NCBI GenBank assembly: GCA_029553365.1
Contig: JAKPCG010000106.1
Span: forward strand, 67,130-125,127
Reading direction: 5' to 3'
From: Acidobacteriota bacterium
GTDB taxonomy: Bacteria; Acidobacteriota; Aminicenantia; Aminicenantales; Saccharicenantaceae
Length of the DNA stretch: 57,998 nt
Numbering within the stretch: the stretch's first letter is position 1; every line of letters starts with the position of its first letter. A model generated the notes under the pieces. The model ran no database searches. It was not told the DNA's origin and saw nothing but the letters and a program-made list of their open reading frames with translations. The position numbers and the translations under genes are program-made. Below, piece by piece: positions 36,726 through 46,497 of the stretch.

Positions 36726-37898
36726 TTATTGAGCTGAACTGGCCGACGAAAAAGGCGAGATGTCACGCAGTTTTTTGATAACGTCAGGCAGGATCTCAAG
36801 GACATAATCCACTTCTTCTTCAGTGTTATAAATACTGAGAGAAAATCTGATGGTGCCATGAGCAAAAGTGAAAGGAATCTTCATGGCCTGTAAGACATGG
36901 GAAGGCTCAAGTGACCCGCTGGAGCAGGCTGAGCCGGTGGAGGCACAGATGCCATAATCGCTTAAAAGGAGCAAAATGGATTCACCTTCGACGAACTCAA
37001 AACTGACACTCAGAGTATTTGGCAGGCGCCGAGCCCGGGCCCCATTTATTTTTATATCTGGAATCCTTTCTAACAATCCTCTCTCCAGCCTGTCTCGCAG
37101 CTGGGCGACATAGGCCTGCTCCTTTTCCAGGTTGTTCAGGGCCAGTTCGCTGGCTTTGCCCAGACCAATTATTCCGGGAACGTTTTCGGTTCCCGCCCGC
37201 CGTCCATTTTCCTGATGACCGCCCCGCAAAAAAGGCACAAATTTAGTTCCCTGTCTCACATAGAGAACTCCTATCCCCTTTGGAGCATGAAGCTTGTGGC
37301 CTGAGATGGAGAGCAGATCAATCCGGCTACTCGCCAGGTTAATTGGGATCTTACCGGCCGCCTGGACGGCATCTGTATGGAAAAGAACGCCTTTCTCGTG
37401 AGCTATTTCCGCTGCCATTTCCACCGGCAGAACAACGCCCGTTTCATTATTAGCCCACATGATGGAAACAAGGGCCGTTTCCGGTCCGATCGCCTCCTTC
37501 AGTTCATCGAGATTAAGCTGACCTTCTTCGTCAACGCTTAAATAAGTTACCCGGTAGCCCTGCCTTTCGAGATATCGGCAGAGATTGTAGATAGCCGGAT
37601 GTTCAACAGAAGTCGTAATAATGTGTTTTTTTTCAGGAAAAGTGTTTAGAGCTGAATAAATGGCGGTTGAATCGCTTTCAGTACCACAGCTGGTAAAGAT
37701 GATTTCTTCCGGCTGACAGCCCAGCAGGCTGGCCACCTGACCTCTGGCCGCTTCCAGGTGTTTTTTTACCTGGCCTCCGAACTGATGCATGCTGGATGGG
37801 TTGCCATAAAGTTCGGTCAAAAATAAGTCCATAGCTTCCTTGACTTCGGGACTGACCCGGGTGGTGGCATTATTGTCAAAATAGATAATTTTATTCAT
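36726..37898 (-). CDS. nifS: cysteine desulfurase, NifS type
   Basis: 'IYFDNNATT' is present. 'SGHKLHAPKGIGVLYV' is the PLP-Lys motif and 'ASTGSACSSG' is the active-site Cys loop. ATG 37898 is preceded by GAGAGGAA. The ORF-track start at 37931 is less likely. Confidence 0.9.
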   Translation of the reverse strand: MNKIIYFDNNATTRVSPEVKEAMDLFLTELYGNPSSMHQFGGQVKKHLEAARGQVASLLGCQPEEIIFTSCGTESDSTAIYSALNTFPEKKHIITTSVEHPAIYNLCRYLERQGYRVTYLSVDEEGQLNLDELKEAIGPETALVSIMWANNETGVVLPVEMAAEIAHEKGVLFHTDAVQAAGKIPINLASSRIDLLSISGHKLHAPKGIGVLYVRQGTKFVPFLRGGHQENGRRAGTENVPGIIGLGKASELALNNLEKEQAYVAQLRDRLERGLLERIPDIKINGARARRLPNTLSVSFEFVEGESILLLLSDYGICASTGSACSSGSLEPSHVLQAMKIPFTFAHGTIRFSLSIYNTEEEVDYVLEILPDVIKKLRDISPFSSASSAQ

Positions 37899-37998
37899 TC
37901 TCGTTCCTCTCTGGCTCTGACCTGGAGCCATTTAATTTCAAACTGACCATGGCTCGAACCTTCCCGGTCGGCTTTTAATGAGCTCCAGCTACCGGCCT

Positions 37999-38832
37999 TC
38001 AGAGAAGGACTATTTCCAGGTCTTCTGCCGCCTTTTCTCTTAAAGCTTTTTCGACCACTTCTTTAAAAGTCTGACTGGCCAGCTGGCAACCGGAACAGGC
38101 TCCTAAAAACCTGACTTTGACCGTCTGGCCTTCGAGATCTACCAGCTCCAGCCAGCCACCATCCTGCCTCAATTTCGGATTTATTTCTTCTTCAAGTATT
38201 CTCTCGATGAGTTTAATTTTTTCAACGGTCGTTAATTGCTGAAAAGGCAGCTGTCCTTGCCTGGCCCAGTAATCTTTAAGGATTTTTTCAATTTCTCCTC
38301 GGCACTGCCCGCAGTTCCCGCCGGCTTTGGTATAGTCGGTGACCTGTTCAACGGTCTTCAAACCATTCAATTCGATCGCCTTTAAAATTGTTTTCTCAGA
38401 GACCTGGAAGCACTTGCAGATTATTTTTTCCTGCTCCCCGGGGAAAACTTTTACGCCTTTTTTGGTGTTATAATTTTCAATAGCTGCCTGCAGAGCTTCC
38501 ATGCCCATCACCGAGCAATGCATTTTTTGCTCGGGAAGTCCACCCAGATAATCAGCAATGTCTTTGTTGGTTATTCTGGCTGCTTCTTCCACTGTTTTCC
38601 CTTTGATCATTTCGGTCAGAACACTGGAAGAAGCAATGGCGCTGGCACAGCCAAAGGTCTTAAACTTAGCATCTTCTATTAAATGATTTTCAGGATTAAT
38701 TTTCAGGGTGAGTTTCAAAACGTCGCCACAGACAATACTGCCGACTTCGCCCACGGCATCAGGGTTTTCAATTTCCCCGACGTTGCGCGGATTTTTGAAA
38801 TGTTCCATAACTTTATCGGTATAATCCCACAT
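37999..38832 (-). CDS. nifU: Fe-S cluster scaffold NifU (IscU-like N-domain, central BFD-like [2Fe-2S] domain, C-terminal NifU domain)
   Basis: 'GSIVCGDVLKL', 'FGCASAIASSS' and 'KMHCSV' are the IscU Cys ligands. 'CKCFQV...GGNCGQC' is BFD-like. The C-terminal 'GACSGC' is the CxxC of the NifU domain. Confidence 0.9.
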   Translation of the reverse strand: MWDYTDKVMEHFKNPRNVGEIENPDAVGEVGSIVCGDVLKLTLKINPENHLIEDAKFKTFGCASAIASSSVLTEMIKGKTVEEAARITNKDIADYLGGLPEQKMHCSVMGMEALQAAIENYNTKKGVKVFPGEQEKIICKCFQVSEKTILKAIELNGLKTVEQVTDYTKAGGNCGQCRGEIEKILKDYWARQGQLPFQQLTTVEKIKLIERILEEEINPKLRQDGGWLELVDLEGQTVKVRFLGACSGCQLASQTFKEVVEKALREKAAEDLEIVLL

Positions 38833-38992
38833 TTTTTTCTCCTGAGGCCGGTGTTGTTTCTCCTCTTTCCAGTATAGAGTCGGCTGGCTGAACTGTCAAT
38901 TTACCATCAGCCGGTTTTCCTCCCGGCCTCGAGGTGAACCCGTAAATAGAGACCAGAATTTAAGGTCAGAAGAATAAATTGCGAGGAATATT

Positions 38993-39724
38993 TTATCTGG
39001 CTTCTGACAGCTGGCGCAGGGTTTCCTGCAGCTTCTTGACGATGGGGGGAGTCGGGAGGACTTCGTAAAGAATTTTCTGGCCAGCAAGGTCACTATCATA
39101 AAAATTTCTGGTAGCTTTTTTATCAAACTGGAGAGAACCACCCTTGAGAGCCAATCCGGCAAAGAGCCCTTTGCTTTTTGAATAAGAATAGATTTCAGCT
39201 TCCATTTCGAGATCGGTGCTGGCTTCAGCGCTGCGACCAATCGGGCCGGCGGTGACGCTGAGATCGGCACCCAGAGTAATCTTATTTCCAGCTATTTCTT
39301 CCACTCCCCGGCGGTTTTTAAAAACCAGGACAAGGTCGGCTTTCTGAACGCCCAGCTGCAGGCCAAAACTTCCTCCGGCCAGCTTGATAAAAATAGGGTT
39401 GCTCCAGCTGCCATCTTCCTTTTTAACTATGGCAATTCCACTTCCGTACTGTCCGCCCAGAGCCCAGGCAGCCTTAACCACTCCGGGCAGGATGGCCAGG
39501 CCTTGAGCTTTTTTCAACAGGCTGATGGGAATTCCCTCATCTTTCATAGTGGCCAATTCTCTGATCACTTCGAGAGATCTTTCAATTTTGTCTTCTCCGG
39601 GACGGGAGGCAGATTGGTCATCAGCCAGAAGGGGATTGAAGACCAGAAAAAGAAAGGCTAGTGACACAGCCAGAGATAAAAGGAGAGACTTCGTTTTCTT
39701 ATCCATATTTTTCCCTTTCTTCAA
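38993..39724 (-). CDS. SYLF (Ysc84/DUF500) lipid-binding domain protein with signal peptide
   Basis: 243-aa ORF with a signal-like N-terminus. 'LAILPGVVKAAWALGGQYGSGIA', 'GGSFGLQLG' and 'GLFAGLALKGGSL' are typical of the SYLF fold. Confidence 0.7.
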   Translation of the reverse strand: MKKGKNMDKKTKSLLLSLAVSLAFLFLVFNPLLADDQSASRPGEDKIERSLEVIRELATMKDEGIPISLLKKAQGLAILPGVVKAAWALGGQYGSGIAIVKKEDGSWSNPIFIKLAGGSFGLQLGVQKADLVLVFKNRRGVEEIAGNKITLGADLSVTAGPIGRSAEASTDLEMEAEIYSYSKSKGLFAGLALKGGSLQFDKKATRNFYDSDLAGQKILYEVLPTPPIVKKLQETLRQLSEAR

Positions 39725-39827
39725 TCATCTTATACCGGTCGAAAAAAATCGGCAATAAAGAATTTTCACCCAGCTTTCAGCAGCCAGGGCAGAAGCTTAC
39801 CCGGGTTATAATTTTATAAGCTATGAA

Positions 39828-41183
39828 TCAATTTTGTCTGTTGGGTGGCGGTTTTTTCTCTGGGGAGCGAGGACTTAAATAATAAAAAATCAATCCGGAT
39901 AAAGTCAGCAGTACCCCGGCCAGCGATTCTTTTGGGCGGTAAATCAGACCGTAGATCAGGATCCAGGCCTGAAAGGTCAGAAAAATGATCGGCGTCAGCG
40001 GGTAACCCCAGGTGCGATAGGCGAGCTTCACTTCGGGCTGAGTCTGCCTGCTCTTCATGACTCCGAGGACAGTCAGGAAGGTAAACAGGTTAAGAGTGAA
40101 GCCGGTAAAGATGATCATTTTTTCAAAACTGGAGGTCAGTATATAAAGAGTAGAAATCAGTCCCTGGATCAAAACCGCCAGATAAGGAACCTCTCTCGAA
40201 TTAAGTCTGGCCAGCCAGCGAAAGTAGTGATAATCTTCTCCGACTGTCATTGAGACCCTGGGCCCGGCCATGGTCATAGAAGAGATTGAAGCCAGCAGAA
40301 GGAGCGAGATAACAGCCGACATAATGGCTCCTCCCTCCGGCCCGAAGATGGCTGAGGCAAAAAGGTGACCGACCTCGACTTTACCAGCCATAACTCTAAT
40401 CGGGATATTTTTCAGAAAGACATAGTTGAGGAGAACATACAGGATGATGACCAGGCCGGTACCGGAAATCAAGCTGAAGGGCAGATTTTTTTCTGGCCTT
40501 TTCACCTCGCCGGCAATGTAAATAGCGGCGTTCCACCCCGAGTAGGAGTAGGTGACGAAGTACATTGAAATAGCAAAAGCGGGGCTCAAAATATCTTTGA
40601 TAGCCCGGTCATCCAGGGCGAAACTGACCAACCCGGGCTGAGCATGTCGCAGGCCGATAAATATCAGGAAAGCAATAACTGAAATATCGACCAGGGTAAA
40701 AATCAGTTGAACTCGCCCGCCTAAAACTTTATTCAAAGAATGAATGAGGGTAAAGATGAGAACCACGGCTACCGCTAAAAATTTGGCATTGTTCAGGCCA
40801 GGTAGCCAGCTGTTCATCCTGGCCTGGAAGGTTTCCCCGGCTGCCCTTTGAAAATAAGCGGCAAAAGCCATGGCCGAGGCAGCGACCGGGGCGGCAAAAG
40901 TCACCAGGATGGATATCCAGCCGGCCAGAAATCCCAGTGGCCGGCTAAACATGGTGGACAGCAGATGATATTCACCGCCACAGCGGGGCCATCTAACGGC
41001 TGCTTCGGCATAGGTCAGAGCCCCGGTTAAAGCCAGGACTCCACCCAGAATCCAGAGCAGAATAACAGCCAGACCGGAGGAAAGGCTGACCACCTGAAAA
41101 CCAAGGCTGGTGAAGACACCTGTCCCCACCATGCTAGCCACGACCAGGGCGGCGGCTGTCCAGCCACTGAATTTATTTTTCAT
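39828..41183 (-). CDS. APC superfamily amino acid permease
   Basis: 451-aa ORF with about 12 TM segments. The N-terminal 'VVASMVGTGVFTSLG' is the characteristic APC TM1 glycine-rich motif. Confidence 0.8.
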   Translation of the reverse strand: MKNKFSGWTAAALVVASMVGTGVFTSLGFQVVSLSSGLAVILLWILGGVLALTGALTYAEAAVRWPRCGGEYHLLSTMFSRPLGFLAGWISILVTFAAPVAASAMAFAAYFQRAAGETFQARMNSWLPGLNNAKFLAVAVVLIFTLIHSLNKVLGGRVQLIFTLVDISVIAFLIFIGLRHAQPGLVSFALDDRAIKDILSPAFAISMYFVTYSYSGWNAAIYIAGEVKRPEKNLPFSLISGTGLVIILYVLLNYVFLKNIPIRVMAGKVEVGHLFASAIFGPEGGAIMSAVISLLLLASISSMTMAGPRVSMTVGEDYHYFRWLARLNSREVPYLAVLIQGLISTLYILTSSFEKMIIFTGFTLNLFTFLTVLGVMKSRQTQPEVKLAYRTWGYPLTPIIFLTFQAWILIYGLIYRPKESLAGVLLTLSGLIFYYLSPRSPEKKPPPNRQN

Positions 41184-41195
41184 TTTTATTTTATT

Positions 41196-42425
41196 TTATT
41201 CGACCTGGCGTCCACCGGACGGGTTTTTTTCAGCAATAATCAAGCTGTCCAGGTGGCTTCGCCAGTGATAGCCAAAATGAAAAGGCAGAGGCTTGACCCG
41301 GTCTTTATTTTCATAAGCAGCCTGAAGTTCTTTCTGTTCCATTTTAGAAAAATCCTTAACCGGGGCACCATAGCGTCCATAAAGTTTGATCTGCCGGTGG
41401 TCGGCCAGTAAGTCCTTATAAGGAACGCCGGTATCATCCTGAATAATAATCTGGCTCTTGTTGAGCAACAACTGTCTCAAGTGTTGAAAATTTTTGAAGT
41501 GCAGCAGGTAGGAGGCCGATTTAATCAGGCAGGACCAGTGGTCGAGGCTGTTCAGATATGAAAAAAACTTAGTTCCTGGACCGAAACGTTCATCGGATAG
41601 ATCGCAGGAGATATAATAAACTGCCTGGCTCTGGCCCGAGTCGGTCTGAAGGCAGGTCAGCTTGAAACCTACTGGCCTTTTTATCCTCTGTTTGGGAATA
41701 GCATATTCAGATTCAAAGAGCTGACCCTGCTCATCGAATTCAACTCTTTTCAGGTCGGTTAGTGTATGACCGGTCCTTTCCAGAAACAGGCAGAGAAGCG
41801 GCAGAACACCGTTGATCCTGCCCGGGTTGAGGTCTTCAGTCATTTCTCTGGTGATAAAATAACCTTTCTGAAAATAGTCAGATAAAATTGTTTGCAGATC
41901 GGAAAAATAGGAGGCCAGGGACCTGGTCTGAAAGTCATCTGGTCCTGGAAGATAACCACCCGGCTCCAGTCCCACCAGCAAATACACCTTGGTTTGCGGG
42001 AAGAAAGCCAGGGCGGTAACCAGATCCGGTCCGCCAAAAGGGTAAAAAAGGAAATCAGTTTTTTCTCGCTCACTGGATAGTTCGGATTTCGACCAGGCTT
42101 CTATCAGGCTGAGTTGTTGAGTTTCGAGCTTTTTCCAGGCTTGATCTAAAAAGGCCCGGTATTTAATCCAGGCCTGGTCCTCTTCGATGGCCTTGAGAGC
42201 TGGCTGTCCGGTTGGCAAGCCGCTGACCAGCCTGGCCAGATCATTCAGGGACAAAGCGGCAGGCGAGGTGCTGACTGGAAAGAGAGTCGGTAAAACTGCC
42301 GGCTCAAAACCGGAGGCCTCCTGCCAGTTTTGCTCCTCTTTGGCCCAAAGTGAAAAAGCGCTATTTATTAGTAAATAGATAAGAATAATAGACTTAAAAA
42401 GAACTGTTCTTGACCTCCTGCTCAT
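41196..42425 (-). CDS. hypothetical secreted protein
   Basis: Long ORF ending 12 nt upstream of the permease gene. The signal peptide starts from ATG 42425 (MSRRSRTVLFKSIILIYLLINSAFSLWA). I recognise no family. ATG 42455 is an alternative start. Confidence 0.6.
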   Translation of the reverse strand: MSRRSRTVLFKSIILIYLLINSAFSLWAKEEQNWQEASGFEPAVLPTLFPVSTSPAALSLNDLARLVSGLPTGQPALKAIEEDQAWIKYRAFLDQAWKKLETQQLSLIEAWSKSELSSEREKTDFLFYPFGGPDLVTALAFFPQTKVYLLVGLEPGGYLPGPDDFQTRSLASYFSDLQTILSDYFQKGYFITREMTEDLNPGRINGVLPLLCLFLERTGHTLTDLKRVEFDEQGQLFESEYAIPKQRIKRPVGFKLTCLQTDSGQSQAVYYISCDLSDERFGPGTKFFSYLNSLDHWSCLIKSASYLLHFKNFQHLRQLLLNKSQIIIQDDTGVPYKDLLADHRQIKLYGRYGAPVKDFSKMEQKELQAAYENKDRVKPLPFHFGYHWRSHLDSLIIAEKNPSGGRQVE

Positions 42426-42798
42426 CGAAGTGCTCTCTTTCTTCCAGATCAACATTAATGTTTAAGAATTATAATCTAATCAGGAGCGAGATCAAAGCCG
42501 GACAGCCGCTATCATCCTCAGCAGGTGTCAGTCGGGCGGGTTTTTCAGCGCTTAACCCTATTGGATTGATTTCCGGAGTCAAAGATCGCCAGTTGCTTTC
42601 AAATTTTATTGATAAGAAAATCGGGACATGATAACATTTGCTTAAGTTACTGCTGCCACTGATTTCCCGCCGATGGAGGAAAGAGACAGCCAGCTAATCA
42701 ATTATAAAAAATAATAAAGATTTCAGCCTGTTTTAGATGATAGGAAGTGAGTCCCGCTTGAAATTGACTTTAAATTTATAAAGGGAGTCGGAGCTTAA

Positions 42799-43929
42799 AT
42801 GCACTTAAGAAAGCATTCTGGTTTATTTACCTTCCTGGCTTTAATCCTCCTCCTGGCCGGCGGGCTGGCCGGTCAGAAGGCAGGAAGAAATTTTAATCCC
42901 AAAAGGCCTGCTCAGACCAGACCGCCCAGGATGGAAAAAGTAATTATCGGCTATTATCCGTGCGAGAAAAGGGCAGTAGTTGATTATCGCCAGATTAACT
43001 TTGATTACCTTACCCATCTGGCTGAAGCTTTTGTCTGGCCGGACCGCGATGGCCATTTGATAGTCAGCTCTAAGTTTATTTATCCCGAGCTACTGGCTGC
43101 TGCCCACAAAAATGGGGTTAAGGTGATTATGAGCATTGGCGGCTGGGGGAATTGTGATGGTTTCCCGCCTATGGCCACTTCCAGCGAAAAACGAGCACGC
43201 TTTATTTCGGAGGTTTTAGACTTCTGTCTCCTACATGGTTATGATGGCGTTGATCTCGACTGGGAATTTGTCTCCAATGAAGAAGAGAAGGCTGGCTTCT
43301 CTTCACTGGTCAAAGAACTAAGTGTTCTTCTTAAGGCGCAAGATCCACCGCTTCTTCTCACTATGGCTGCTCCCGCCGGTCCCTACTGGGGTCGCTGGAT
43401 TGATTTTGAAGAGCTTCATCCTTATTTTGATTTTATCAGCTTCATGACCTATGACTTTCATGGTCCCTGGACGGATCATGCCGGGCATAATTCGCCTCTT
43501 TATAACTGTGGAGGTGACAGCTGTGGCTCGGTTGATGATACTTTTAGTTATGCCTTAATCAGGGAAATTCCTTTAAAGAAAATTCTGCTGGGCATTCCCT
43601 TTTACGGGAGATCATTCGAGGCGGCTGGCCTCTATAAGCCGGCGACTAACAGTCAATATTACGTCTATTCTGAAATTAAAAAGCTCATCGCCTCCGGCTG
43701 GAAATACAACTGGGACAGCTGTGCGGAGGTCCCTTATCTTCTGAGTCCTTCGAAAAAGACACTGCTCTCTTTTGATGATAAAAAATCCATTCAAAAGAAA
43801 GCACAATACCTGCTGGCTAAGAAGGCGGCTGGCTTTATCATCTGGGAAATTACTGCTGATGTGGTCAATGGTCGAGCGGAATTACTGCCGGTAGTTTATC
43901 AGTCCATTAATTATCAAGGAGATAAATAA
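42799..43929 (+). CDS. secreted GH18 chitinase / endo-beta-N-acetylglucosaminidase-like glycosidase
   Basis: Has a signal peptide. 'YDGVDLDWEF' is the intact DxxDxDxE catalytic motif. 'MTYDFHGPW' is also typical of GH18. Confidence 0.85.
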   Translation: MHLRKHSGLFTFLALILLLAGGLAGQKAGRNFNPKRPAQTRPPRMEKVIIGYYPCEKRAVVDYRQINFDYLTHLAEAFVWPDRDGHLIVSSKFIYPELLAAAHKNGVKVIMSIGGWGNCDGFPPMATSSEKRARFISEVLDFCLLHGYDGVDLDWEFVSNEEEKAGFSSLVKELSVLLKAQDPPLLLTMAAPAGPYWGRWIDFEELHPYFDFISFMTYDFHGPWTDHAGHNSPLYNCGGDSCGSVDDTFSYALIREIPLKKILLGIPFYGRSFEAAGLYKPATNSQYYVYSEIKKLIASGWKYNWDSCAEVPYLLSPSKKTLLSFDDKKSIQKKAQYLLAKKAAGFIIWEITADVVNGRAELLPVVYQSINYQGDK

Positions 43930-44142
43930 AAAACCATCCGGCCAAAGGCCTGTTACTTTCAGTCTCGAAAGAAGAACGGTCGGTGGAAAGTTAGCTGGAG
44001 TAAATGGCAAGTGAGCCAGGAAAGGTTTTTGAGCCGGGAAGATGATGATAAAGTTCTTATGAAGAATAGTAAACGGCGAGATTGGCTGGCCAGGTCAGGA
44101 CAAAAGGCTGGCTTTAGCCATATGCCAGGAGGAGTGTGATTT

Positions 44143-46497
44143 ATGAGGAAAAAATTTATGAAAAAAATTATTTTGATTTTAGGCTGTCTGTTTCTCGCCC
44201 TGTTTATCTGGCCATTATTAACTGCTGCCCGACAAGCCGGCGCCGCGGGCATTGAACCTCAGAGCTCAAAGCAGAAGGCTGATTTCTTTCCCGTCTCGGT
44301 CTGGTATACCGGTGGGAAAGTCCGCGCTCCCATGATAGAAAAAGTCACGCCAGCTTCGGCCGCTATCTGGAAAAAGGATCTGGAGCAAATCAAAAAACTT
44401 GGTTTTAACACCGTCCGCTGCTGGCTGGAATGGGCTTACAATGAAAAGGAGGAAGGACATTATGATTTTTCTGCCCTGAGTCTCCTGACCGATTTAGCCG
44501 GGGAGGTTGGGCTCAAAGTTATCTGCCAGGTTTATATTGATTCTGCTCCTGACTGGGTCGGGCAGAAATATCCGGACTCAGCTTTTGTTGCTTCCAATGA
44601 TTTAAAAGTTCACTCCCAGGCGGCTCCCGGTTATTGTTTTGATCACCCCGCTGTTCAGGCTAAAATTCTTAACTATTTTAGTGCTGCGGCCAGAGCGGTC
44701 AAAGGAAAACCGGCCTTTTATGGCTGGGATCTGTGGAGCGAGCCCCACCTTATTAACTGGTCGGAAGTTTATCATCTGGGCAACCTGAATTATCTTCAAT
44801 TTTGCTACTGTCCTTCGAGCCAGGCCAGGTTCAGACTGTGGCTGGAAAAGAAATATGGAACGATTGAAGCGGTCAATGAAGCCTGGCATCGCACCTTTAA
44901 ATCCTTCTCCGAAGTTGAGCCGCCTCGCTTTGGTACCATTCTGACCTACACCGACTATCTTGACTGGCAGGAATTTATTACCGATAAGCTGGCCGAGGAT
45001 CTGGCCCTTAAAGCCCGGGCTATCAAGCAGGTTTTGCCGGAAACAGTGGTGACCAGTCATTCGGCCATACCCGGGCTCTTCAGCCAGCCCTCCTGGGACG
45101 GAACCCCTGATGACCGTAAGATGAATAACAGCGTTGATTATTATGGCGTTTCCATCTATCCGAAGCACGCTGGCGCACTGCGTCCCTGGTCACCTTTTTT
45201 CCGAGCGGCTGGAATTGATTTTGTCCGCTCGATGGCCTGGGAAAACAGTGGCTTTTATGTGGGCGAGCTTCAGGCTGGCTATGGCGTTTTTGGACTCAAA
45301 GTCAGCGTACCGGTGACAGCTGATGATCTTCGCGACTGGATGTGGAGTCTCATCGGAAGCGGAGCCCGGGCTATTAATATTTATGCCTACTATCCTATGT
45401 CTACGGGCTATGAAGCCGGCGGTTACGGGCTGGTTGATCTTGATGGCAGGATCACGCCCCGAGCGGAGGCAGCGGGGAAAATTGCCAGCCTTGTTGACCG
45501 GAACATGGATTTATTTTTACAAGCCCAACCGCCCCAGGCCGAGGTGGCCCTCATTTATAACCGTCTGTCTCAACTGGCTGGCGGCCAGCAGTCTTTTACG
45601 TCTGAAGGCCGACCTGTCGGCTATAACAGTTTGAGCGAATCTCTCCAGGGTCTCCATCGGGCCTTTTATGAGCAGGGAATTAAGGTTGATTTTCTGGATG
45701 TGAGTGATTTGAAAGAAAGGGCAAAAAACTATCGTCTGATGATTCTGCCTTATCCCATCATGATTTCCCGTCCTTATATCAGTGAATTGATCAAATATGT
45801 GGAAGGCGGCGGGACACTTCTGTCTGAAGCCAGAGCCGGCTGGCTGGATGAAAAAGGACAGGCTTTCCCCGTTATTCCGGGCGGCGATCTCGACCGGGTT
45901 TTTGGCTGTCGGGAGGCAAGGCTTTTGCCGGTAGAAAAAACCGGTCGAATGATTGTCAGTCAGAATCATCCGGCTTTACCTTATCTTAAAAAAGGTGATG
46001 AGCTGGACACGGTCTTTTTTGAAGAGAGTTTTGAGGTTAATGATCAAAAAGCTGAGGTCCTGGCCAGAAGTCAGGATGGTCAGCCACTTCTTGTTTTAAA
46101 ATCACAGGGACAGGGCCGGGCTCTTCTGGTCGGCTCTTTCCCGGGTCTGGCCTATCATCATTTTGGGAACAAGAATAATCAGCGTTTTCTCGCCGGACTG
46201 GCGGCCTGGCTGGGAATAAGACCAGAGCCGGAGATAAAAGCTTCTCCGGCCGGTTCAGCGGTCGAAGCCCGCTACCTCTATGGACCTGATTATCGTCTGC
46301 TCTTTGTCTTCAATCGCAGTGCAGAAAAAGTTAAGAGCGAACTACTGATGAGTCTTCCCTGGAAGGAAACCAGCTGTAAAGATCTGGAAACGGACCAGGT
46401 AGTGACGGCCAGCCAGCAGGGCAATCGTACTTCTCTGGACCTGGAGCTTGAGCCTCAGCAGGTGCGGGTTTTTCTGGTTGGAAAGGTAGGGAAATAA
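44143..46497 (+). CDS. GH42 family beta-galactosidase with N-terminal signal/anchor
   Basis: SD GGAGGAG lies upstream. 'GFNTVRCWLEWAYNEKEEGHYDF' and 'GWDLWSEPH' are GH42 catalytic-domain motifs. Size (784 aa) and a C-terminal trimerisation-type region are consistent. Confidence 0.8.
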   Translation: MRKKFMKKIILILGCLFLALFIWPLLTAARQAGAAGIEPQSSKQKADFFPVSVWYTGGKVRAPMIEKVTPASAAIWKKDLEQIKKLGFNTVRCWLEWAYNEKEEGHYDFSALSLLTDLAGEVGLKVICQVYIDSAPDWVGQKYPDSAFVASNDLKVHSQAAPGYCFDHPAVQAKILNYFSAAARAVKGKPAFYGWDLWSEPHLINWSEVYHLGNLNYLQFCYCPSSQARFRLWLEKKYGTIEAVNEAWHRTFKSFSEVEPPRFGTILTYTDYLDWQEFITDKLAEDLALKARAIKQVLPETVVTSHSAIPGLFSQPSWDGTPDDRKMNNSVDYYGVSIYPKHAGALRPWSPFFRAAGIDFVRSMAWENSGFYVGELQAGYGVFGLKVSVPVTADDLRDWMWSLIGSGARAINIYAYYPMSTGYEAGGYGLVDLDGRITPRAEAAGKIASLVDRNMDLFLQAQPPQAEVALIYNRLSQLAGGQQSFTSEGRPVGYNSLSESLQGLHRAFYEQGIKVDFLDVSDLKERAKNYRLMILPYPIMISRPYISELIKYVEGGGTLLSEARAGWLDEKGQAFPVIPGGDLDRVFGCREARLLPVEKTGRMIVSQNHPALPYLKKGDELDTVFFEESFEVNDQKAEVLARSQDGQPLLVLKSQGQGRALLVGSFPGLAYHHFGNKNNQRFLAGLAAWLGIRPEPEIKASPAGSAVEARYLYGPDYRLLFVFNRSAEKVKSELLMSLPWKETSCKDLETDQVVTASQQGNRTSLDLELEPQQVRVFLVGKVGK

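Noticed and set aside
44602-45168. 188-aa ORF on the - strand, with similar ones at 45517-45969, 32425-32886 and 55115-55654
   Set aside because: All lie antisense inside confidently assigned genes (GH42, PTS fusion, sulfatase-TPR) and have no motifs.
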